Below are positions 17,550-26,700 of a DNA stretch of 41,507 nt, piece after piece. Below the pieces are notes generated by a model, which made no database searches, had not been told where the DNA came from, and was given only the letters and a program-made list of their open reading frames with translations. A program made the translations under genes and the position numbers. Source of the DNA: an uncultured Rikenellaceae bacterium. Its GTDB lineage: Bacteria; Bacteroidota; Bacteroidia; Bacteroidales; VadinHA17. The stretch is taken from NCBI GenBank assembly GCA_964529295.1, contig CAZGUR010000001.1, positions 7,855 to 49,361 on the forward strand, in the 5' to 3' direction. Numbering within the stretch: the stretch's first letter is position 1; every line of letters starts with the position of its first letter.

Positions 17550-17712
17550 ACGGAAAGAGCGGTTCTGGCCTTCTTCCCTGGCATGGAAAGAGCTATATAA
17601 AAAATAATTATATTTGTTACTTTTAACCGTCCGCTTAAAAATCGGCAATTTTTTATTCCGGACACCAAATGATTGTATATAATTAACCGGTTCTGAAATA
17701 CCATCCTTAATA

Positions 17713-18684
17713 ATGATAAAAAGACAAGTAGCTGCCGGCATTGATATAGGTGGGACCAATACCGTTTTCGGTCTGGTCGGCAGGGAAGGAGAAATATTAT
17801 CACAGGGCCTTATCAGGACGGGTGATTATGAGGAGATAGAAATATTTGTTGCCACCCTGTATAAAAAAATTAATGATGCTCTGGGGAAAGCAGGTGATGC
17901 AACAGAACTGGTGGGTTATGGCATAGGTGCACCCATGGGTAATATTAATAAGGGCACAATGGAACATCCGTCCAACCTGCCATGGAAAGGCATACTGCCC
18001 CTTGCACGGCTTTTTGCAGAGCATACCACTCTGCCAGTTACCGTAACCAATGATGCCAATGCCGCTGCCATGGGTGAGATGATCTACGGGGGGGCTAAAG
18101 GCATGAAGAACTTTGTTGTTGTTACACTGGGTTCCGGACTGGGCTCCGGCTTTGTTACAGACGGCAGGCTGGTTTACGGTGACAGCGGCTTTGCAGGGGA
18201 ACTGGGACATACAGCCGTAAGACAGGGTGCATCAAACCGTATGTGCGGCTGCGGGCGTAAGGGATGCCTGGAGACATATGTGTCGGCCCCGGGCATCAGG
18301 CGAACGGTGCTGAAGATAATGGCAGACAGTCTGCTGGACAGTCCCCTCAGGGATATGAGCTTTAAGGAACTAAGTTCAAAAAAAATCCACGAGGCAGCAT
18401 TAAAGGGCGACACTATAGCACTGCAGGCCTTTGAGTACACAGGAAAGATACTGGGATGTAAGCTTGCAGACGTGGTGGCTCTTATCGATCCCGGTGCTAT
18501 ATTCCTTTTCGGCGGACTGGCAGAGGCAGGGGATCTTATATTCGAACCTGCACGTAAATATATGGAGGAAAATATGCTGAGCATTTACAGGGGAAGGGTT
18601 AAGCTGCTGCCCTCAAAGCTGAGCACCCATAATGCCGCCCTGCTGGGGGCCGGCTCACTGGTATGGTCAAACAAGGAAATATAA
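17713..18684 (+). CDS. ROK family sugar kinase, copy 2 (tandem paralog)
   Basis: 323 aa with the same motif set (GIDIGGTNTVFGLV, VTNDANAAAMGE, LGSGLGSG, GHT...CGCGRKGCLETYVSA). By eye it is roughly half identical to copy 1. Confidence 0.85.
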   Translation: MIKRQVAAGIDIGGTNTVFGLVGREGEILSQGLIRTGDYEEIEIFVATLYKKINDALGKAGDATELVGYGIGAPMGNINKGTMEHPSNLPWKGILPLARLFAEHTTLPVTVTNDANAAAMGEMIYGGAKGMKNFVVVTLGSGLGSGFVTDGRLVYGDSGFAGELGHTAVRQGASNRMCGCGRKGCLETYVSAPGIRRTVLKIMADSLLDSPLRDMSFKELSSKKIHEAALKGDTIALQAFEYTGKILGCKLADVVALIDPGAIFLFGGLAEAGDLIFEPARKYMEENMLSIYRGRVKLLPSKLSTHNAALLGAGSLVWSNKEI

Positions 18685-18703
18685 TAACTAAAAAAACCGG
18701 GAT

Positions 18704-19090
18704 ATGACTAATTTTCCTGAACTGCTTAACTATATACTGGGTATATTCTTTATAATAATTGTTTTCTCCCTGGGCTACGCCTACCTTAAACCACACAGGA
18801 TACATAAGCAGTACCCCATGTCAACACTGTTGCTTAAGGTAAGCTACCTTTCCTACCTGCTTGCCATGCTTATCGTTATTTACCTGTCAAGCCTGGTAAA
18901 GGGAGGCCTTTCAGAAGTGTTTCTCGATGTGGAGTTCTTCGCCTTCCTGTTGATTCTCTTCGTGCCCACAATCGGGGTTTTTGCACGCAAGGTGGGACAT
19001 TTTAAAAAGCAACGGGAAAACTATTATTATTTTTTTACAGCCGTTAATATACTCAGCATTATTGCCCTGGTAATAATGTATATTATATAA
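18704..19090 (+). CDS. Small integral membrane protein, unknown function
   Basis: 128 aa with about four hydrophobic helices. It starts 19 bp after ROK copy 2. I recognise no family. Confidence 0.55.
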   Translation: MTNFPELLNYILGIFFIIIVFSLGYAYLKPHRIHKQYPMSTLLLKVSYLSYLLAMLIVIYLSSLVKGGLSEVFLDVEFFAFLLILFVPTIGVFARKVGHFKKQRENYYYFFTAVNILSIIALVIMYII

Positions 19091-19186
19091 ATCTCTCCGG
19101 CCTTTTCTGGTATCCCCACAGATACGGCATACTTCTTTTGGGTTTTAATCCGGGCAGACCGGATCCCGACCTCATAACAGGGTGAC

Positions 19187-19215
19187 GCCTGTCGTCGATT
19201 ACAGGCCCTGTTTTT
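19187..19215 (+). terminator. Candidate intrinsic terminator after the small membrane protein gene
   Basis: Stem gcctgt (19187-19192) / acaggc (19201-19206) with an 8-nt loop. A TTTTT run at 19211-19215 follows after 4 nt. The stem is short and the U-tract is offset. Confidence 0.4.
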
Positions 19216-19333
19216 AAAGCACCAGGGGGCCAGAAAAATATATCCCCGCACAGATGCGCAACAGAATGAGGAAAGCCCTCATATTTAAGAATTTTTCCTA
19301 CATTTACATCTTAACACATAAAAATACCGGCAT

Positions 19334-21004
19334 ATGATAAAGGAAAGATTTGTTGGATACGTGGAAGACAGCATAAGGAAAAACTGGGACATAGAAGCTC
19401 TCTCAAATTACGAGGGAAGTGCATATAGCTATAAGGATATAGCAGTAAGCATGATCAAGCTGCAATTATTGTTTGAGAAAGCAGGCATACGGGAAGGCGA
19501 CAAGGTCTGCCTGATAGGTAAAAACTCAGCCAACTGGTGCACCGTGTACCTGGCAGCTGTAACATACGGGGCTGTGATCGTCCCTGTGCTGCCCGACTTC
19601 AAGCCTGAGGACCTGATGAATATTATCAATCATTCGGACTCCAAATTTATGGTGGCTGACAAAAACATAATGGAAAAGCTTGATTATGGTGATATGCCGG
19701 CTGTCAGCACTGTTCTTTCCACCGAGAGCTTTGAATACCTTGAGGGTCGCGATGAGGAAGTGAAAAAGATGACCGGTGATATAGATAAGGTGTTTGATGC
19801 CAGATACCCCGCGATCAAGCCGGATATGATAAAGTTTTCGGATATAGATAATGAAGAGCTGGCTGTTATAAGCTATACATCCGGAACAACAGGCTTCTCA
19901 AAGGGAGTGATGGTGCCGCACCGCAGCCTGGCAGCAAATATAAGATATGCACAGAATAATATGCCGCTGGAGCCGGGCGATAAAATAGTCAGTTTCCTGC
20001 CCCTGGCACATACCTACGGCTGCGCTTTTGAATTTCTTTTTCCCTTTACCTACGGATGCCATATAACCATACTTACCAAAACACCCTCGCCGCAGATCAT
20101 ACTGCAGGCCTTCAAAGAGATAAAGCCAAGGCTTATATTATCGGTACCGCTGGTTGTGGAAAAAATATATAAAAAGAAGCTGCAGCCGGTATTGAGCAAG
20201 CCCCATATGAAGCTGCTGCTTACGACACCGGGTATCAAAAAGATAATATTATCCAAAATGAAGCAGAAGCTGTACGATTCATTCGGAGGCAACTTCCACG
20301 AGATGGTCATAGGAGGCGCCGCTTTGAATGCCGATGTTGAGAAATTCTTTATAAAGATAGGTTTTCCCTTTACCGTGGGTTATGGCATGACCGAATGCGG
20401 TCCGCTGATAAGCTATGCCTCGTGGGACACCACAAAGCCTGGTGCCTCGGGTCGCCCGGTGGACACCCTGGAGGTGACAATTGATTCATCCGATCCACAG
20501 AAGGAGGTGGGTGAGATAATACTCAGGGGCGATAATGTGATGCTGGGTTATTATAAGAATGAGAAAGCCACAAATGAGGTTATAGATAAGGACGGGTGGA
20601 TGCATACCGGCGACCTGGGTATAATGGACAAGGATAAGAATATATATATCAGGGGACGCAGCAAGAGTATGCTGCTGGGTCCGTCCGGAAAGAATATCTA
20701 CCCCGAGGAGATAGAATCACTGATAAGCACCCAGCCCCTGATATCGGAAGCAGTGATTATCAGCACCGATGATAATAAGCTGGTGGCCCTTGTACACCCC
20801 GATTTTGAAGCAATGAAAAAGGAAGGTGTGGAAAAAGAGCAGCTGGCGGAGATATACGAGAACACACGCAGGGAGGTAAATAACAGGCTGCCCAACTATA
20901 TGGCTGTTTCCCGGTTTAAGATACGCGATGAGGAATTTGATAAGACACCCAAGAAAAGCATAAAACGATTTCTGTATAATAAAGCCGAACTGACGGATGA
21001 GTGA
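19334..21004 (+). CDS. AMP-forming long-chain acyl-CoA ligase (ANL superfamily)
   Basis: 556 aa. AMP-binding motif 'ISYTSGTTGFSKGVMVPH', plus 'GYGMTECGP', 'WMHTGDLG' and 'IRGRSKSM'. Confidence 0.85.
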   Translation: MIKERFVGYVEDSIRKNWDIEALSNYEGSAYSYKDIAVSMIKLQLLFEKAGIREGDKVCLIGKNSANWCTVYLAAVTYGAVIVPVLPDFKPEDLMNIINHSDSKFMVADKNIMEKLDYGDMPAVSTVLSTESFEYLEGRDEEVKKMTGDIDKVFDARYPAIKPDMIKFSDIDNEELAVISYTSGTTGFSKGVMVPHRSLAANIRYAQNNMPLEPGDKIVSFLPLAHTYGCAFEFLFPFTYGCHITILTKTPSPQIILQAFKEIKPRLILSVPLVVEKIYKKKLQPVLSKPHMKLLLTTPGIKKIILSKMKQKLYDSFGGNFHEMVIGGAALNADVEKFFIKIGFPFTVGYGMTECGPLISYASWDTTKPGASGRPVDTLEVTIDSSDPQKEVGEIILRGDNVMLGYYKNEKATNEVIDKDGWMHTGDLGIMDKDKNIYIRGRSKSMLLGPSGKNIYPEEIESLISTQPLISEAVIISTDDNKLVALVHPDFEAMKKEGVEKEQLAEIYENTRREVNNRLPNYMAVSRFKIRDEEFDKTPKKSIKRFLYNKAELTDE

Positions 21005-21686
21005 TCGCTACAGGTACCTTATCATCGTAGCCGGTGGCAAAGGTCAGAGGATGGGTGCCGCTGTGCCCAAGCAGTTTCTGCTGCTGGCGGGCCGGCCCAT
21101 GATATTCCATACCATTGACCGCTTCCTGGAATATGATTCTGACATGGAGCTGATAATAGTGCTGCCGCAGGACAGCGTGGACCACTGGTCTCAGTTATGT
21201 GATAAATACGGTTTCGGACATGATCATAATATCATAGCGGGCGGACAGGAAAGATTTGACTCGGTGAAGAACGGGCTGTCGCTTATCAGGCAGGAATCGC
21301 TGGTGGCCGTGCATGATGCCGTAAGGCCCAGGGTCAGCATAGAAACAATAGACCGGTGCTTCACTATGGCTGAAAAGAAAGGCAATGCAGTGCCCTTTGT
21401 CAGGCCGGCAGAGTCGGTGCGCCGGATTGGTAACGGAGGGGATAACAGCTATATACCCCGCCATTCCGTTGCGCTGATACAGACACCACAGGTCTTTCGC
21501 TCGGACATACTGCTTGCAGCATATGCCCGTGTATATGACCCTTTATTTACCGATGATGCCTCGGTGGTTGAGGCGGCGGGTCATAAGATTAACCTGGTGG
21601 AAGGCAACAGGGATAATATAAAGATAACAAGCGCAGAGGACCTGGAGATAACAAATGCCATACTGAGCATTAAATACGACAGATAG
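20997..21686 (+). CDS. ispD: 2-C-methyl-D-erythritol 4-phosphate cytidylyltransferase
   Basis: 229 aa. 'IIVAGGKGQRMG...PKQFL', 'VHDAVRP', 'IQTPQVF' and 'TDDASVVE' are IspD motifs. It overlaps the preceding gene by 8 bp. Confidence 0.9.
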   Translation: MSDRYRYLIIVAGGKGQRMGAAVPKQFLLLAGRPMIFHTIDRFLEYDSDMELIIVLPQDSVDHWSQLCDKYGFGHDHNIIAGGQERFDSVKNGLSLIRQESLVAVHDAVRPRVSIETIDRCFTMAEKKGNAVPFVRPAESVRRIGNGGDNSYIPRHSVALIQTPQVFRSDILLAAYARVYDPLFTDDASVVEAAGHKINLVEGNRDNIKITSAEDLEITNAILSIKYDR

Positions 21687-21711
21687 ATTGTTTAATAAAA
21701 AGAAGGTAATA

Positions 21712-22467
21712 ATGAGACGATACATACTTCCGCTTATCCTTGCACTCTTTGTTTTGCTAAACTCATGTGCCGAAGTTATGACAGCCCTCGAAACTGTGGC
21801 TAGCGGAACCCCGCTTACTGAAGCCGAGGTGGTGGAGGGACTGAAAGAGGCTCTTAAGACAGGGGCCAGGAACTCGGCCCGTGAGCTGGCCGCGCAGAAC
21901 GGTTATTACAGCAATGAACTGGTGAAGATATACCTGCCCGAAGAAGCAGCCGTGATAGTGGATAATATATCCAGGATACCTGCCGGTGAGCAGCTGATCG
22001 ATGATCTTATACTGAGTATAAACAGGGCCGCTGAAGATGCTGCCAGGGAGGCTGCACCAATCTTTGCCGGTGCCATAACGCAGATGACGGTGCGCGATGC
22101 CTTTGGTATACTGAAAGGTGAAGATGATGCCGCCACTCAGTACCTTATAGGAACAACTTCTGACCAGCTTTTTGATCTCTACAACCCGCGCATACAGGCT
22201 TCCGTAGAGAAAGACCTGGTAGGTTATATATCAACACAGGATTTATGGGATGGGCTTACAGAGCAGTGGAATCAGTTTGCTGGTTCAATAGCCGGCAGGC
22301 TGGCCGGTGTGCAGAAGGTGGAGACCGACCTGGGCGCTTACCTCACCCGCAGGGCCCTTGATGGCATGTTCCTTAAGGTGGCACAGGAAGAGCTTAAGAT
22401 AAGGGAGGATGTAAATGCCAGGGTCAGCCCCATACTCAAAAAAGTGTTCGGCAGCCTTGATAATTAA
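21712..22467 (+). CDS. DUF4197-like lipoprotein
   Basis: Lipobox 'LLNSC'. 'EAEVVEGLKEALKTGARNSA' and the helical repeat content resemble DUF4197. The ATG at 21712 is preferred over the TTG at 21688 in the ORF track. Confidence 0.6.
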   Translation: MRRYILPLILALFVLLNSCAEVMTALETVASGTPLTEAEVVEGLKEALKTGARNSARELAAQNGYYSNELVKIYLPEEAAVIVDNISRIPAGEQLIDDLILSINRAAEDAAREAAPIFAGAITQMTVRDAFGILKGEDDAATQYLIGTTSDQLFDLYNPRIQASVEKDLVGYISTQDLWDGLTEQWNQFAGSIAGRLAGVQKVETDLGAYLTRRALDGMFLKVAQEELKIREDVNARVSPILKKVFGSLDN

Positions 22468-22470
22468 CCC

Positions 22471-23487
22471 TTACTTGTCGCTGACACTGGATCCCCTGAT
22501 AACCAGCTCGGTAGGGATAACCCTGCTCTGGTAAGGCCTGTTGCGGTCTTTTATCCTGTCCAGCATAAGCCTGGCAGCCTCCCTGCCCATATCATAACCA
22601 TGCTGGTCAATTGAGCTGAGTCCGGGATCAGTAAGCCTGGCTATCTGCCCGTTGGTAAAACCAACAAGAGCAACATCTTCGGGCACCCTGAACCCCAGCC
22701 TTTTAAGTATTTTCATTGTCTGCGCCGCAGTGAAATCATTGACACAGAAGAAAGCATCGGGCCTGGGACTCCTCTTCATAAGGCTGGGAACTATCCATTC
22801 GGCCTCCTCCGCCTGGTCACATTTCACAATGTTCTCCTCCGCAACATTGCACTGAAACTCATTAAGAGCCCTGATATAACCGTTGATCCTCTCCTGGGCA
22901 ATGAGCAGGTTGGGTGGCCCCGACAGGTGCACTATCCTCTTCCGGCCTTCCAGTATAAGGTGCTTGACGGCCATATAAGCACCCTCGGCATCGTCAACAA
23001 CAACACTGTCGCTTTCTATCTCCCTGCATTTCCTGTCAAAGAAAACAATGGGAATATTCTTTTCTTTCAGCTGGTGAAAATGCTCCATATTACGTGTCAG
23101 CTTCGACATTGAGATAAGTATACCGTCAACACGGCTGTTAATAAGGGTCTGTATACTCTTTACCTCCTTCTCATATTCTTCGTTCGACTGGCATATCATC
23201 ACATTATAAGCATACTCGTTGGCATAATCCTCTATGCCGCTTATCACCGATGAAAAGAAATAATGTATTATCTCGGGCACTATGATACCCACAGTGTTGC
23301 TGCTGCCTCCCTTAAGGCTCAGGGCAATGGGATTGGGACGGTAATTCCATTTCTCCGCCAGGCTGTTCACCAGCTTCTTGGTTTCAGGACTGATATCAGG
23401 ATGATCTTTCAGGGCCCTGGATACGGTTGAAGGAGCTATCTGCAGCTCCCTTGCAATATCTTTTATGGTAACATTTTCCTTATTCAT
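22471..23487 (-). CDS. LacI family transcriptional regulator of the adjacent alpha-glucan utilisation locus
   Basis: HTH 'VTIKDIARELQIAPSTVSRALKDHPDISPETKKLV' followed by a periplasmic-binding-protein-like sugar sensor domain. I prefer the start at 'MNKENVTIKD' (23487) over 23526. Divergent from susC. Confidence 0.9.
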   Translation of the reverse strand: MNKENVTIKDIARELQIAPSTVSRALKDHPDISPETKKLVNSLAEKWNYRPNPIALSLKGGSSNTVGIIVPEIIHYFFSSVISGIEDYANEYAYNVMICQSNEEYEKEVKSIQTLINSRVDGILISMSKLTRNMEHFHQLKEKNIPIVFFDRKCREIESDSVVVDDAEGAYMAVKHLILEGRKRIVHLSGPPNLLIAQERINGYIRALNEFQCNVAEENIVKCDQAEEAEWIVPSLMKRSPRPDAFFCVNDFTAAQTMKILKRLGFRVPEDVALVGFTNGQIARLTDPGLSSIDQHGYDMGREAARLMLDRIKDRNRPYQSRVIPTELVIRGSSVSDK

Positions 23488-23572
23488 AACCAGTTTAAAT
23501 AAGTGCCCTTCTGTAAAAGTAATCAAAAAATAATAATTACGTAATAATGATTTAACGGCCTTTAGCGCTAAT

Positions 23573-23598
23573 TACAATCGTTTGCGGAAACGATTGCA
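23573..23598. promoter_or_regulatory. Candidate tandem LacI-type operators forming a 9-bp perfect inverted repeat
   Basis: caatcgttt (23575-23583) and aaacgattg (23588-23596) are exact reverse complements separated by gcgg. The 14-mers 23573-23586 and 23585-23598 each fit TGnAAnCGnTTnCA with 1-2 mismatches. The site lies in the lacI/susC divergent intergenic region. Confidence 0.5.
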
Positions 23599-23788
23599 GT
23601 AAAATACTGAAAAAGAATTGGATAGCAAGGATAATCTTCCGAAATTTACTGTATAAAACCTTTAGCTGTAATCATTGTTGTAAAGTGCAGGGGGGGAATC
23701 AGATGAGTCAATCGTATCATTTTACTGCCCTGAGTTTTTAAATATATACTATCTCAGAAATGTGTAACCCATTAATAAACAAAAATCT

Positions 23789-26700
23789 ATGAACAGATTA
23801 TTGATACGGCGCTTAATGATATTGATCGCCGGTGTAATGATGAGCAGTGCCCTTTTCGGACAAACAATCACTGTTTCCGGAACGGTTACTGATGCATTGG
23901 ATGGAATTACCTTGCCCGGAGTTAATGTTCTTGTTAAGGGAACAACTATGGGTACGTCCACCAATGCCGACGGTGAATACAGTATTACCACCACACCTGA
24001 TGCAATACTGGTATTCTCTTATATTGGTTATTTAGACCAGGAGATTCCAGTTGATAACCGCACTACCATAAATGTTGATCTGGAAGTCGATGTAATGGAA
24101 ATTGCTGAAGTTGTAACTATTGGTTATGGTACAGTTAAAAAGGAGGATGTAACAGGATCGGTATCAACGCTCAGCTCCAAAGATTTCAATCGCGGATCAA
24201 TTACATCAGCACAGGAACTGCTGGTGGGTAAGACAGCAGGTGTTGTCGTAACAACCTCGGGCGGAGCCCCGGGAAGCGGATCGACAATACGTATACGGGG
24301 AGGATCATCCCTGAATGCTTCCAATGACCCGCTGATAATTATTGATGGTGTTCCCATTGATAACAGTAATGTGTCGGGGAGCCCTAACCTGCTTGACTTT
24401 GTCAATCCCAATGATATTGAAACATTCACTGTTTTGAAGGATGCATCCTCAACAGCCATTTATGGTTCACGGGCATCGAATGGTGTGATTATTATCGAGA
24501 CAAAAAAGGCAAGTGAAGGAGCACCTCTTACAGTGAGATATGATGGCCGGACTTCGCTGGCCACAGCCATAAGATACACTGATGTTTTTTCAGGCGATGA
24601 AATAAGGCAGATAGCCTATGATAAAATTGACCTGTATGGTGCTGACACTTTTCAGAAGCTGGGATCGGAGAATACAAACTGGCAGGACAAAATATTCCGC
24701 ACAGCCGTTTCCCATGATCATAACCTCAGCCTCACAGGTGCATACAAGTTCCTGCCATACCGCTTCTCTGCAGGCTATACCGATCAGATGGGTATACTGA
24801 AAAACACTGATATGCAGAGGATAACCGGTGCACTAAGCCTCGACCCCATATTTTTTGACGGCTCTCTGAAGGTAAACCTTAAGCTCAAGGGTATGAGCAC
24901 TAAAAACAACTTCGGTGATGCAGGGGCTATAGGATCGGCGGTTAATATGGATCCTACCCAGCCGGTAATTGATCCAACACCGGCAACCGGATATTACTAC
25001 CAGTGGGGCAGCTATGGTGCCAATCTGGGTACCCCTAATCCCGTTGAGCAGGCCATGGAAATAGACAACCAGTCACAGGTCAACAGGATAATGGGTAATA
25101 TTATACTCAACTATTCTTTGCCCTTTATGCCTGAGCTGGAAGCCAATCTTAACCTGGCAACAGATTATTCACAGGGCGAAGGGCATAATAACCGTCCCGT
25201 AACATCGCCTTCAGTGCTGACGAGCCCTCTCTGGGGACGTCTGAGTGATTATTCATCCACCAACCAGAACAGCTTGCTCGATTTCTATCTGAATTATAAT
25301 AAGAGCCTGGAAGTGGTGGAGAGCAATGTGGATGTTACAGCCGGTTATTCATGGCAGCATTTCCAGAGGGAGGGAGATAACTACACCAGGGGAGTGGTTG
25401 ATGATGACCACCCTTACCAGGTTACTGATAGCAGTGCCTATATTACAGAGAACTACCTGGTCTCTTTTTTCGGCAGGGCAAACTATTCATTCAGGAATCG
25501 TTATTTGCTTACTGCAACAGTTCGTTTTGACGGCTCGTCACGTTTTGCCAGTGATAACCAGTGGGGGGTATTCCCGTCGGCCGCTTTTGCCTGGAGGATA
25601 AATGAGGAAAATTTCATGAGTGCTATCACTGCAATTTCCGAGCTTAAGCTCCGTCTGGGATGGGGTAAAACAGGTCAGCAGGATATAGGTAATGATTATC
25701 CGGCACAGGCAACATACATCCTATCATCACCAGGCTCTTACTATCCCATAGGTGGTGAGTATATGCCCACACTGAGACCCAATGCCTATGACCCGGACAT
25801 TAAATGGGAAGAAACCACAACCTATAACGCCGGTATTGATTTTGGACTTTATAATAACAGGGTTTCAGGTGCTGTAGATGTTTACCACAGGGTGACAAAC
25901 GACCTGCTGAACACAGTTGTTATACCAAGTGGAAGCAACTTCTCCAATACCCTGCTTACCAACGTGGGAAGTCTTGAAAACCAGGGTCTGGAGGTATCTT
26001 TGAATGCAGTGCCTCTGTCAAAGCAGGACTTTTCCCTGAGTGTGGGACTGAACTTTACCTATAACGTTAATACAATCACCAAACTTCTTATAACAGAGGA
26101 TCCTGATTATATAGGTATCCTGTACGGAGATGCCTTTACCGGTCAGAAGCAGGTAACAAGAGTGGGTCATCCTGCTTATTCATTCTTCCTTAACAAGCAG
26201 ATATATGATTCTGACGGCAATCCTGTAGAAGGATTATATGAAGATATCTCGGGCGAAGGCGGGGTGGTTAATGGTGATAATGATGATAAATACATCTACC
26301 ACAACCCCGTGCCTGATTACCTGCTGGGATTAACACTGAGGCTCAACTATAAGAATATTGATGCACTTGCTACCATGCGTGGAAGCATAGGTAACTATGT
26401 ATACAACCAGGTTGCGGCAGGTTCATCCTATGACCAGATGTACCAGATAGGTTACTGGAAAAACTTCCCTACCTACCTGAGAGAGACAGGCTTTGTTAAG
26501 AGGCAGTTTACAAGTGACTATTTCGTTGAGAATGCCTCTTATTTCAAACTGGATAACCTGAGCGTGGGATATACCATGGAAAATCTTTTCAATATGCTTA
26601 ACGCAAGATTAAGCATAACAGCTCAGAATCTGGTTACCATAACAGAGTACAGTGGTATCGATCCCGAAGTGCCGGGGGGTATAATGGGGTCTTGTGTAAA

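Noticed and set aside
21688-21711. TTG start for the DUF4197-like gene, and the 23526 start for the LacI gene.
   Set aside because: Downstream in-frame ATGs (21712 and 23487) give a normal signal peptide and the canonical HTH N-terminus respectively. The upstream extensions add non-conserved residues.
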